Below, in pieces: positions 38,397 through 48,434 of a stretch of 64,000 bases of DNA. The notes beneath the pieces were generated by a model that was not told where the DNA came from, searched no databases, and worked only from the letters and a program-made list of their open reading frames with translations. The DNA comes from a virus, in the IMG/VR virus record IMGVR_UViG_3300021185_003522, positions 61,234 through 125,233 of that record; one strand, given 5' to 3'. Numbering within the stretch: the stretch's first letter is position 1; the number at the start of each line of letters is the position of its first letter. The position numbers and the translations under genes were made by a program.

Positions 38397-38984
38397 ATGA
38401 GTACAGCTTTTATTTTAGGCAATGGCAAAAGTAGACTGTCGGTTGACTTAACTAAATTATCCCCATTGGGTGCAACATATGGATGCAATTGGTTGTGTAA
38501 AACTTTTACTCCAGATTGTTTGGTTGCAACAGATAGGCCAATTGCTGATTCTATTCAACAGAGTGGCTATGCACAAAAGCATAGATTTCACACACGCAAA
38601 CCTATAGTTGATTTAGGTGGTAAAGATTTAAGTAACCAATACAAAGGATTTAGTAGTGGACCTAATGCGGCTGCTCTTGCATGTATTGATGGACACAGTG
38701 ACATCTATTTGATTGGCATGGACTTAGGCACAACAAACGGAATGTTTAATAATGTTTACGTTGATACACAGTTTTATAAAAAAGAACTTGATCCGCCCAC
38801 ATATGCTGGCAACTGGATTAATCAACTTGTAAAACTCACAGAGGACTATCCAAACAGACAGTTTTATAGAGTAGAGGGCGTGGAAAGTGCTTTTGTAAAG
38901 CAGTTTAATAAAATTGCTAACATGAGAATTTTATCAATGGACAAGTTTCTTGAGATGGTAAATACTGCTAGAGGTCCATTATGA
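38397..38984 (+). CDS. Maf/Cst-II (DUF115-like) fold putative glycosyltransferase
   Basis: AFILGNGKSR, TYGCN, PDCLVATD and SSGPNAAALACIDGHSDIYLIGMD match the GNGPS...CN...SG....A...G...IYL.G.D pattern. Confidence 0.6.
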   Translation: MSTAFILGNGKSRLSVDLTKLSPLGATYGCNWLCKTFTPDCLVATDRPIADSIQQSGYAQKHRFHTRKPIVDLGGKDLSNQYKGFSSGPNAAALACIDGHSDIYLIGMDLGTTNGMFNNVYVDTQFYKKELDPPTYAGNWINQLVKLTEDYPNRQFYRVEGVESAFVKQFNKIANMRILSMDKFLEMVNTARGPL

Positions 38985-39619
38985 ACACAAAGAAAAGAAT
39001 TGACGGCGACTATTATATTGAAACCATAAATGCGACAGATATGGTGCATATTGCTAGTAATACTGCAATAGATGGAAACTTAACAGTCAATGGTAATGTT
39101 ACATATATCAACACAGAACAACTGGATGTAAAAGATCCCTTTGTCATGGTGAACATGAGCAACACTTCAACTTATGCAAGTAATGCTGGATTGTTAACAC
39201 ATAAGACTGCAACAACATTTGCTGGCATTCGTTATAATACTAGGGACAATAAATGGGAATTAAGCACAAGCACAGGTAGCACCGGTGAAACTGGTACGTG
39301 GACAGAAATTGGAACTGCATCCGCTGGTGCAGTAGCAGGAGCAAATACACAAGTACAGTTTAACAACTCGGGTGCATTTGGTGCTAGTGCAAACATGACA
39401 TTTACAGATACTAGTCAGTTAAATCTCACTGGAAATGTAAATATCAGCACAGGATTACAACTCAAAGACAGTGCCGCTCCGGGTGCAGTAACAAACACCA
39501 CAGTGTTACATGGTGGCATAGCAGGTAGTGGCGGAACAGGCGTTTACTTTGTAGACGATACAACAACAGATGAACTAGTAAGCAAAAGCAAGGCTATTGT
39601 TTTTGGAATTATATTTTAA
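38981..39619 (+). CDS. Fibre/appendage-type virion protein
   Basis: GNLTVNGNVT, VKDPFV and GANTQVQFNNSGAFGAS fibre motifs; late promoter variant GGTAAATA at 38957-38964. Confidence 0.65.
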   Translation: MNTKKRIDGDYYIETINATDMVHIASNTAIDGNLTVNGNVTYINTEQLDVKDPFVMVNMSNTSTYASNAGLLTHKTATTFAGIRYNTRDNKWELSTSTGSTGETGTWTEIGTASAGAVAGANTQVQFNNSGAFGASANMTFTDTSQLNLTGNVNISTGLQLKDSAAPGAVTNTTVLHGGIAGSGGTGVYFVDDTTTDELVSKSKAIVFGIIF

Positions 39620-39628
39620 GGAAAACAA

Positions 39629-39943
39629 ATGACAATACAAACAACTGCCGTATCAAACAGTGCAACCACAGTATACTCTAGCACCAACAACACTGCGGTC
39701 ACTTATATGCAATTAACCAACTCAAGTGCTGGTGCATTAACTGTTGACATTCATGTTATACCAAACGGCGACAGCTTGGGCACAACTAACTTAGTTGCAA
39801 AAACACTCAGCATTTCTGCAACTGACAGTTATCAATTATACACCGGAGGTGAAAAACTACTGCTTGCAAACGGAGATACTGTTCAAGTAACTGCAAGTGC
39901 AGCCACAGGAATAAATGCAGTAGTATCATTTACGGCTATCTAA
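39629..39943 (+). CDS. Small beta-rich virion protein
   Basis: 104 aa with SD AAGGA; EKLLLANGDTV motif; lies in the structural cluster. Confidence 0.65.
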   Translation: MTIQTTAVSNSATTVYSSTNNTAVTYMQLTNSSAGALTVDIHVIPNGDSLGTTNLVAKTLSISATDSYQLYTGGEKLLLANGDTVQVTASAATGINAVVSFTAI

Positions 39944-39944
39944 A

Positions 39945-40358
39945 ATGGCAGGTACATTTCTAAAAAATAGAATAATCACTAGTGGAGAAAGTGCAGTTGT
40001 TGTCCCTGGCGGTACTACTGCTGAACGCCCTGGAAATCCAGTGTTTGGTGTATTTAGATACAACACCAGCAACAACAATTTAGAATTTTTTAATGGTACA
40101 CAATATACTGCAATAGCAAACTCAGGTGAAGCAAACATCACAGTTGACAGTTTCACTGGAGACAATTCAACACTTACATTCACACTTAGCACTACCGCAA
40201 GTGCAGCCGATCAAGTGATTGTTTTTGTTTCAAACATCTATCAACAACCAACTGGTGTATACACTATTACAGGCAGTGGCGCAGATATTACTTTTACAGC
40301 CGCACCTTTAGCAGCGGAACCTATTAACGTGATACACGGTGTTGGCAACACGCCTTAA
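39945..40358 (+). CDS. Small fibre-module protein
   Basis: VPGGTTAERP...GVFRYNT and FTGDNSTLTFTL modules shared with the larger fibre genes. Confidence 0.65.
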   Translation: MAGTFLKNRIITSGESAVVVPGGTTAERPGNPVFGVFRYNTSNNNLEFFNGTQYTAIANSGEANITVDSFTGDNSTLTFTLSTTASAADQVIVFVSNIYQQPTGVYTITGSGADITFTAAPLAAEPINVIHGVGNTP

Positions 40359-40398
40359 CAACTGCGATAAATACTGCAAAGTTTAAGGATAGTAATTA

Positions 40399-43300
40399 AT
40401 GGCCATTGCAAGAGTCACCGGTAAAGCACTCGCAAGTAATCTTGAAAGAACAACCAACCTAGCTGTTGATACAAGCACATTGTTTATTGATGTGACTAAC
40501 AATCGAGTTGGTATCGGAACTGCTACACCTTCGCAACCTTTACATGCTCCGGGTACGGCTAAAATTGCAAATCTGACACTTGCTGGAAACGCAATCACAT
40601 CAGAAAGCACACTTAATTTAGCAGGTAGTCCGGTAAATCTTGGAGCAAACACTGCCGTAACAATCACTGGCGGAACAACAGGACAAGTCCTCACAACAAA
40701 CGGTAGCGGAGCACTAAGTTGGACAACTGGTGCAAATATAGCCAGTGTACTTGGTAATACAATTGACCTTGGTACACCAGCTGATGGCAATATATCTGGA
40801 CCAGACGTTGCATATGACGGTTGGACAACCACAACAAAGGTAACAACTGGCATCGACGATCTCAACCAAGTTGCCTTAAACATTGCAAATAACAAATATG
40901 TTGGACAAGCAAGTTTTGTAGGTACACCAACCAGCGGACCTTCGCCAACAACTGTAAACTTCACTGGTACATTTATTGGAAATGCAAATGGTTTTGAATG
41001 GAACTTTGGCGATGGTAACACTTCTACGCAACAAAATCCATCTCACACCTATAATAATGCCGCAGGTGGACAATTTACAGTAAGTTTTACTGCTAAAAAT
41101 ACAAACGGAACACATGGAGGCGTCATTGCCGACGGTGCTAAAGGAAGTGCTGATAATTTTACAAGAACAAATTACATTACATTGTTTACACCAACTCCGA
41201 TTCCGGCTTTCACACTTACTGATAGCACAATAGACACAGGTACTGCCGCAACAATTACCAACACAAGTCAATTTGTAACAACAAGTTTTGATCTAAGTTG
41301 GGGACAAGGTGCAAACGTACAACCAGCAACAGATTTTACAACAGTGCAAAACACTTACAACAACACAGGTGGAGATACACAGTACAATATTCTGCTTACC
41401 GGTACATCAGCTACTGCTGGTGCTAGTCCTGTATCAGTAACAACTGCTCCGACTGTTATAAGTGTGTTTACACCTCAAACAACAACGTTTAGTGCGAGCG
41501 CTGTGCGTGTTGTTAACGAAGAAGCAACTTCAGGCGGTGTTGTACAGTTTACCAATACTACTGCTACTGCTCCAGGAACCACGGCACTATTTGGTACTGG
41601 ACAAAAATATATCTACACTTGGGGAGATACCAGTGTTAGTAGTATAAACATACAGAATGGTGTAACCGGAAACCCAGGAAGTCCTATAAATCATGTATAT
41701 ACGTTAAGCGGCGGGCAACAAGCCGCTGGAACTACAGTAACATACCAAACAAATTTACGTACTCAAACTGGACATTCAAGTAGTCCGTTTCTTGCCGCTA
41801 ACATTGCAATAGCAGTTGAACCAGACATACGCAGTATCTTTTCAGGTACGATGGTAACAGTCAGTGATAGAACAGGCGATGATGCACAGGACGGCTATTT
41901 GTTTACAGACTATAGATCAGGAGTAGAAACTAATCGAGGATTAGTTACATTTCAAAACACAAGTCAAAACGTTACAACAACAAATTTTACGTTTGGAGAT
42001 GGCAACACAACTGGTGATATCACAACCGGAGCAGGTACTCCTGGTGCCGCAAACATAACAAACAACTATGGTAGTGTTGCAAGTTTTACAGTAGCATTGG
42101 TATCTTCAGGTACACCAGATACGATTGCACAAACTGACACAGAAACAAAAACAAATTTTATTACTATAAAGGCAAACCCAGCGGCTCCGGGTGCATTAAG
42201 CACAAAAACACTTAGCATGTCAACAGGCAGTCAAGGCACAAGTCCAAAGTTAGCAGCGAGTGCAACAGACCGCAGTGGCGGTAACATACCAGCCGCAGGT
42301 AGTAGTGTAACAAGATACACAACTGCTGATCCAATTGTTACAAGCACAGTAACTGATGCAAACACTGCAATTTCAGGAACTCTTACTGCTACATTTAACA
42401 ACAGTGCTTCTGGTGCAGTCACATTTGCTAACAATACCGATAAAGCAGGCACATACACTGACTTGGTGGTTGTAAACGACGGTGATGCACATGATGAGAT
42501 AAGTGCTAGTACCTACCCAACTGGATTTGCAAAAGTATTTGATGCACGAGTTTCAAAAGCAACCAGTGGAATAAGTGTAGGATATAACGATACCAGACTA
42601 AGTCATTCAAGTGCAGGAAATACAAACACAGTAGGCTTTGTTAAAGATGATATGACATCAGTACCTACAGTAAACCAAGGTGCCGCAGTGATTACACAAG
42701 CCACTGCTGGAGCATTTAGATACATTTCGGGTGTGCCATATTATAACACAGGTTCACCAGCAGTTAACATAACTGGATTAACAGTAACAAATTTTGTTGG
42801 ACAAACATATCGAAACACAACTGCACCTTATACCACCACAACAGGTACACTAGCAGAAAGTACTAGTGGTTCTCTCATTTCTAGTCAGAACAAAACATAT
42901 GCTCAGATCGACGGTGCACCAACTTTTCTTACAGGCGGAATACCAAATGCAACAACAGGTGTTGGCAGTGCATATACTTTGGGCACTATTAACATTCTCA
43001 TTAACGGCAGTGCAAGAGCAGTAGGATACCTTGATGCACAAATGATAAATGTAAATGGCTCAAGTAGTGTTGTTAACCTTACCGACAAATACATACAGGT
43101 TTATAGTGCAAGTTTAACTGGCTTTGACGAAGAAAACATTCCAGTTTCTGATTCATTAGGAACTACTTTTGATGATGACGGAAAGCGTGTCACAGGTTTT
43201 GGCAGCTTTGCTGACACTCCAAGTTTCGCAGGCGGAACAAATTACTATACTGCAAATGCTTTTACAGGAGCAGCCACTGTGGCAGGCACTTCAGAGGCAA

Positions 43301-43785
43301 TAGTGCGTTTTGGTACACTGAAACATTTTGTTACTAACCTAAGCAGTGGATATCTACCTGCAGGTCCAAACTTAGCTACAAGTAGAACAGGTAATCAGTA
43401 TATAACCTTTGCATTTAGAAGAGCAACGGTTGCAAACTTTGATATAGCAATAAACAGTGCTACCGGCATTAAAGGAGTGTTCATAGGAGCACCTGGTACT
43501 GCAATAGATACTGCCAGTGGATTAAATGGATGGGTCAATGGTAGTATACAATACGGAGGTGCAGGAGTACCAGGCAGTGATACCGGTAACGGTGGTAACG
43601 GTAGTAACGGATGTGCTTTAACTGGTGCTGACATTATCCCAGTTAACACAGGCATTAATGCTTCTTATACCATGACACTAGGAAGCGAAAACAGTTCAAA
43701 CTCTACAGGAAACAATGTGCTAGTGCGTATTGCACTAGGATCAGGTCAAACTCTAACCAGTGTTAGTGTAGGAGTACAGACTTAA
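40399..43785 (+). CDS. Large Thr/Gly-rich virion protein with PKD/Ig-like domains (1128 aa)
   Basis: WNFGDGNTSTQQNPSHTY (PKD motif) and FTFGDG; RVGIGTATP; late promoter GATAAATA at 40366-40373. Confidence 0.75.
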   Translation: MAIARVTGKALASNLERTTNLAVDTSTLFIDVTNNRVGIGTATPSQPLHAPGTAKIANLTLAGNAITSESTLNLAGSPVNLGANTAVTITGGTTGQVLTTNGSGALSWTTGANIASVLGNTIDLGTPADGNISGPDVAYDGWTTTTKVTTGIDDLNQVALNIANNKYVGQASFVGTPTSGPSPTTVNFTGTFIGNANGFEWNFGDGNTSTQQNPSHTYNNAAGGQFTVSFTAKNTNGTHGGVIADGAKGSADNFTRTNYITLFTPTPIPAFTLTDSTIDTGTAATITNTSQFVTTSFDLSWGQGANVQPATDFTTVQNTYNNTGGDTQYNILLTGTSATAGASPVSVTTAPTVISVFTPQTTTFSASAVRVVNEEATSGGVVQFTNTTATAPGTTALFGTGQKYIYTWGDTSVSSINIQNGVTGNPGSPINHVYTLSGGQQAAGTTVTYQTNLRTQTGHSSSPFLAANIAIAVEPDIRSIFSGTMVTVSDRTGDDAQDGYLFTDYRSGVETNRGLVTFQNTSQNVTTTNFTFGDGNTTGDITTGAGTPGAANITNNYGSVASFTVALVSSGTPDTIAQTDTETKTNFITIKANPAAPGALSTKTLSMSTGSQGTSPKLAASATDRSGGNIPAAGSSVTRYTTADPIVTSTVTDANTAISGTLTATFNNSASGAVTFANNTDKAGTYTDLVVVNDGDAHDEISASTYPTGFAKVFDARVSKATSGISVGYNDTRLSHSSAGNTNTVGFVKDDMTSVPTVNQGAAVITQATAGAFRYISGVPYYNTGSPAVNITGLTVTNFVGQTYRNTTAPYTTTTGTLAESTSGSLISSQNKTYAQIDGAPTFLTGGIPNATTGVGSAYTLGTINILINGSARAVGYLDAQMINVNGSSSVVNLTDKYIQVYSASLTGFDEENIPVSDSLGTTFDDDGKRVTGFGSFADTPSFAGGTNYYTANAFTGAATVAGTSEAIVRFGTLKHFVTNLSSGYLPAGPNLATSRTGNQYITFAFRRATVANFDIAINSATGIKGVFIGAPGTAIDTASGLNGWVNGSIQYGGAGVPGSDTGNGGNGSNGCALTGADIIPVNTGINASYTMTLGSENSSNSTGNNVLVRIALGSGQTLTSVSVGVQT

Positions 43786-45053
43786 TGGCATTAGCTGATA
43801 GCACCAAAGTAGATTTTTTATGGAAGAAGCTGGGATTTGGAGTAACTAAAACTGCTCCAAATGCAAACAAGCAGGCTTTCAACGAAAGTATTCCATCACC
43901 TCTGTTGATGCGAGGCGATAAAGTATGGCAAAGTTCTGGCAGTATTCCAGGAGTAAAGCCAGCGGCTGCCAGTGCAATTGTAAACATTTACCAGGATGCG
44001 GCTGGTGGAAGTGATACAGTTGAAACCACAGAAGATCTAAGTGCTCCTGACAACAGGACATGGAAAACAAATCTTACTGATTGGATACCAACTGAATTTG
44101 GTTCAACTTATCTTGTAAAAGTTTATGTTGACAACGCTGGTGCAGCCAATCCACAAAGCACAGGCACACAACTGTTCCAAGCAGGTTCAGGAAACAATGA
44201 CGAATGGTTTTTTGATTACTCTTCTGGTGTGCTTAACTTTAACGGTACAAATATTCCAACAGTAATTGGCACAGGTGTTACTGGCAAATCTGTTTATATT
44301 GTTGGTGCAAGATATATCGGACCTTTTGGTGTTGGCGGCGGAACTGGAATTGGAAACCTTACTGTTACTGACACAACTTTCAGTACTAATAATGCCGGAA
44401 GTGATATAGGATTTACCACAACAGGTCAAGGAACAGTTGAAATTAATAATACAACTGCACTTAATATTTCAGTAGGCACCACTGCACAAAGACCAACAAC
44501 TCCAACTGCTGGAGATTTAAGATTCAATACCACAACCACTGGTGTAGAAGTGTATAATGGTTCTGCATGGTCAACAGTTGGTTCAAATGACAGTATCACA
44601 AGTCAAAGTTTCTCAGGTGATAATTCAACAGTTGCATTTACGCTTACCGCCGCGGCTACTACTGCAAGTGTTATTGTTAGTATCAATGGTACAGTGCAAA
44701 CCCCAACAACTGCCTATGCAGTATCAAGCACAACATTAACTTTTACAGAAGCACCATCTGCTGGAGATGCCATTGAAGTACGTAGTATAAGCACATTAAC
44801 TACTATAACAAGCATCACAAACGGCACGGGTGACTTTATTGCAGTTGATAACAATGGAGTTGCACAATTTGCAACAGTACACAGTTTACAATTACCAACA
44901 TATACTGTAACACAAGCAAACGCCCTGTCAAATAAAGCCGCAGGGCAGTTAATATATGTGAGCAACGGCAACGGAGGGGCACCTTGTTTAGCCGTATATA
45001 ATGGTTCAAACTGGCAACAAGTTCGCTTCGATGGAACAATCTCCGCGGCCTAA
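43785..45053 (+). CDS. Virion fibre/appendage protein (422 aa)
   Basis: WFFDYSSGVLNF, VGTTAQRP...GDLRFNT and FSGDNSTVAFTL modules. Confidence 0.7.
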   Translation: MALADSTKVDFLWKKLGFGVTKTAPNANKQAFNESIPSPLLMRGDKVWQSSGSIPGVKPAAASAIVNIYQDAAGGSDTVETTEDLSAPDNRTWKTNLTDWIPTEFGSTYLVKVYVDNAGAANPQSTGTQLFQAGSGNNDEWFFDYSSGVLNFNGTNIPTVIGTGVTGKSVYIVGARYIGPFGVGGGTGIGNLTVTDTTFSTNNAGSDIGFTTTGQGTVEINNTTALNISVGTTAQRPTTPTAGDLRFNTTTTGVEVYNGSAWSTVGSNDSITSQSFSGDNSTVAFTLTAAATTASVIVSINGTVQTPTTAYAVSSTTLTFTEAPSAGDAIEVRSISTLTTITSITNGTGDFIAVDNNGVAQFATVHSLQLPTYTVTQANALSNKAAGQLIYVSNGNGGAPCLAVYNGSNWQQVRFDGTISAA

Positions 45054-45238
45054 GATCTAGTCTATTATACCATTAAACCTTCATTTTCACCATAGATTAA
45101 AAATCTCACCCACTGGTAAATATTATCATAAGAGTAGCAGCCAGAAGAAGCCTACGGAGATACTCACCGGGTGATGTTTCAAGACGCATATCTTTTATAA
45201 AAAATCTTTTTTATATAAGCTAAACGGAGACATATTAA

Positions 45239-48200
45239 ATGCCTATAACAAGAATTAAGAATAACCAGATTACCAATGCGACAATTGACGCTGGCACAAA
45301 GCTAGTTGACGCATCGATTACCGCAGGTAAACTGGCAGCAAACTTGACGTACGGTTCAAACCTTACTGTCACAGGAAACTTAACAGTTAACGGAGCAACC
45401 ACTGCGTTGGATACTGTTAACACAATTATTGAAGATCCGGTAATTCTTCTTGCTAAAAACGAAACTGGTGCACCATCAAAGGACATTGGTTTTATTGGAG
45501 AGCGTGGAGATTCAAACAACGTTGCATGGATTTTTGACGAAACAGACGACACATTTAAAGCAGGTCTAACAACAGACGATGGCACAGGTACTGCAATTAC
45601 ATTAGCAAGTAAAGTCAACGGAGACTTCAAAGACTTGTCAATGGTTAACCTTGCTCCAACAGGTAACGTAACAACTGCATTAAATGCTTCAAGCACAATT
45701 GCAGCTGGAAGTTCTATTACGGCAGTAACAACAATTACAGCAACTGGAAACGTTGCAGGTGGTAACTTAACCACTGGTGCAAAAGTAACTGCAACTGGTG
45801 AAGTAAAAGGTGGATCATTAACAGATGGTACTGCTACAATTACTTCAGGTGCAGCTTCAGGATTAACAACTGTAAATGCAAGTGGTGCAATTACTGGTGG
45901 TACACTTACAGATGGAACTGCAAGTATTACTTCAGGTGCTGGTACAGGATTTACAAACATAACTGCTTCTGGTACAGTTACAGGAACTACAAAAGTTAGT
46001 ACACCAGATGTAGAAGGTGCAGCAATAACAATTACTGCAACAGGAACAAACGATACAGTAACACTTGTTCCAACAGGAACAGGAACTGTTGCAATGTCAA
46101 GTAAAAGAGTTAGTGGAGTTGCTACTCCAACTGCTACTACTGATGCAGCCAACAAAGCATATGTTGACTCAGTTGCAGAAGGCTTAGACATTAAAGAATC
46201 AGTTGTTGCCGCAACTACTGCCGCCTTAGCCGCAGTGACATACAACAACGGTACAGCTGGTGTTGGTGCTACATTAACAGCCAACGCAAACGGTGTATTA
46301 GCCGCAATTGACGGTGTTACCATGGTAGCCGGTGAAAGAGTTCTTATTCAAGATCAGGCAGCCGCTTTACAAAACGGTATCTACGTTTGTACATCAATTG
46401 GTGCAGTAGGTGCTCCTTTCGTACTAACAAGAGCAGGCGACATGGATGGTTCACCAGCTAGTGAAATTCCAGGTGCGTTCGTATTTGTTGAAGAAGGTAC
46501 TACTAACGCTGATAACGGTTTTGTTTGTACAACAAACGCTCCGGTAACAATGGGTACAACTGCAATTAACTTTACACAGTTCTCAGGTGCTGGACAAATT
46601 ACTGCAGGTGCTGGTTTAAGTAAAACAGGTGATACACTAAACGTTGAAGTTGACGATGTAACTACTGCTATCGTAGGCGATGAAGTTGTTGTTAAAACAA
46701 GTGCTAACCTAACAACTCCAAATATTGGTGTTGCTAACGGTACAAGTTTTGTTGCTAGTGGTTCAGTACAAGGTGCTACAATCACAGATGGTACAGCAAC
46801 TATCACTTCAGGTGCTATTGCAAGTGTTACAACAATCGTTACAAGTGGTAACATTACAACTGGTGCTGGAAACGTAATAGCAGGTAACGTAACTGGTGCT
46901 ATTGGTGACTTCTCTGGTGCAGTTAGTGGTGCTACATTAACATCAGACAGTGGTATCACTATTAGTGCTAACGACATTGACTCATCAGGTGCAGCAATTA
47001 CTGTTAACCAAGCATCAGCAGATTTAGACTTTGTTGTTGAAGGTAACGGCGATGCTAACTTGTTTAGAACAGACGCTGGTTCAGACACTGTATTGATTGG
47101 AACTGCAACTGCAACAACAGGTGCAACACTTAAAGTTGATAGTACAGATTCAATATTGATACCTGTAGGAACAACTGCACAAAGACCAAGTGCCGCAACT
47201 GGTATGATACGTTTTAACACATCTATTGATGCTTTTGAATTCTATGATTCATCAGCTTGGACAACAGCTGGTAGTGACTTTACAGTTATTGCTACACAAA
47301 ATTTTAGTGGTGATAATTCAACTGTTGCATTTACGCTTAGTAATGCACAAACAACTGCAAGTTGTATAGTATCCATAAACGGTGTGGTACAGTTACCAAC
47401 CACTGCTTATGCTGTATCCGGTACAACATTAACATTTACTGAAGCTCCGCTATCAGGCGATGTGATTGAAGTTAGAAAAATTACTACTACAACAACAATA
47501 ACATCTCTTGCAAACGGCGATAGTACTGCTATTGTAGAATGTGTGGATAGTTCGGCAGTAGTAAGAATAACTGGTGATCTACTTCCAGCAGCTGACGGTA
47601 CGCAGGACTTAGGTAGTGCCGCACTGCATTGGTTAGATGCACACTTAGGAAAAGCTATTTTTTATGATGCTGATGATTCAAACACAATATCTTTAGCAGC
47701 TCCATCGACTGTAGCTTCAAACTTAGCATTTACACTTCCAGGAGCAGATGGATCAAGTGGACAAGCACTTATTACTGACGGTTCAGGCGCACTTAGTTTT
47801 GGTGCAGCTGGTGCAACAGTATCACAAGATAACAGTTCTAATACTGCATTTAACTTATACTTTGCATCAACCACTTCAGGTGCGTTGACAGGTGTTAAGT
47901 ATGATGGTGGTACATTAACTTTTAATCCTAGTTCAGAAACATTAGCAGTGACTAACACAACTACTCTTGCTTCTACAGCAAAATACGCTGACTTGGCTGA
48001 GATGTATGCTTCAGATGCAGAAATTGAAGCAGGTACAGTAGTACATTTTGCAGGTGATGGAAAAGTTGCAGTTTGTGACGAAGCAAATCATCATGCAGTA
48101 GCAGGTATTGTTTCTACAAATCCTGGTTACTTGATGAACGGTGATCAAGAAGGTACTGCATTAGCAATAGCAGGACGTGTACCAACTAAAGTAACAGGCG

Positions 48201-48349
48201 CAGTAAACGCAGGTGACTTAATGGTTAGTGCAGGTAATGGTATGGCAATGGCTAATAACAGTCCAGCAATTGGTACAGTAATTGGTAAAGCAATCGAATC
48301 CAACGAAGGTGGAGATGCTGTTATTGAGGTACTAGCATTAATGATGTAA
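45239..48349 (+). CDS. Long tail-fibre-like protein (1036 aa) with a C-terminal chaperone/peptidase G2-like domain
   Basis: DAANKAYVD fibre motif, Thr/Ala/Gly repeats and a C-terminal ADLAEMY...AGRVPTKV...IGKA domain; late promoter GGTAAATA at 45115-45122. Confidence 0.75.
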   Translation: MPITRIKNNQITNATIDAGTKLVDASITAGKLAANLTYGSNLTVTGNLTVNGATTALDTVNTIIEDPVILLAKNETGAPSKDIGFIGERGDSNNVAWIFDETDDTFKAGLTTDDGTGTAITLASKVNGDFKDLSMVNLAPTGNVTTALNASSTIAAGSSITAVTTITATGNVAGGNLTTGAKVTATGEVKGGSLTDGTATITSGAASGLTTVNASGAITGGTLTDGTASITSGAGTGFTNITASGTVTGTTKVSTPDVEGAAITITATGTNDTVTLVPTGTGTVAMSSKRVSGVATPTATTDAANKAYVDSVAEGLDIKESVVAATTAALAAVTYNNGTAGVGATLTANANGVLAAIDGVTMVAGERVLIQDQAAALQNGIYVCTSIGAVGAPFVLTRAGDMDGSPASEIPGAFVFVEEGTTNADNGFVCTTNAPVTMGTTAINFTQFSGAGQITAGAGLSKTGDTLNVEVDDVTTAIVGDEVVVKTSANLTTPNIGVANGTSFVASGSVQGATITDGTATITSGAIASVTTIVTSGNITTGAGNVIAGNVTGAIGDFSGAVSGATLTSDSGITISANDIDSSGAAITVNQASADLDFVVEGNGDANLFRTDAGSDTVLIGTATATTGATLKVDSTDSILIPVGTTAQRPSAATGMIRFNTSIDAFEFYDSSAWTTAGSDFTVIATQNFSGDNSTVAFTLSNAQTTASCIVSINGVVQLPTTAYAVSGTTLTFTEAPLSGDVIEVRKITTTTTITSLANGDSTAIVECVDSSAVVRITGDLLPAADGTQDLGSAALHWLDAHLGKAIFYDADDSNTISLAAPSTVASNLAFTLPGADGSSGQALITDGSGALSFGAAGATVSQDNSSNTAFNLYFASTTSGALTGVKYDGGTLTFNPSSETLAVTNTTTLASTAKYADLAEMYASDAEIEAGTVVHFAGDGKVAVCDEANHHAVAGIVSTNPGYLMNGDQEGTALAIAGRVPTKVTGAVNAGDLMVSAGNGMAMANNSPAIGTVIGKAIESNEGGDAVIEVLALMM

Positions 48350-48366
48350 ATCATAACAAATTTAAG

Positions 48367-48393
48367 AATAGCACCTTCGGGTGCTATTTTTTT
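48367..48393 (+). terminator. Rho-independent terminator identical to the gp23 terminator
   Basis: AATAGCACC-TTCG-GGTGCTATTTTTTT, followed by late promoter GATAAATA at 48407-48414. Confidence 0.92.
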
Positions 48394-48434
48394 GACTGTA
48401 TTTTCTGATAAATACGTTTATATAAGGATACACA

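Noticed and set aside
45235-47958. Long antisense ORFs (362, 279 and 98 aa) opposite the fibre gene, and similar ones opposite gp6, the sheath and other genes
   Set aside because: These are shadow frames produced by the Thr/Ala/Gly codon bias of the sense gene. They have no SD, promoter or recognisable motifs.
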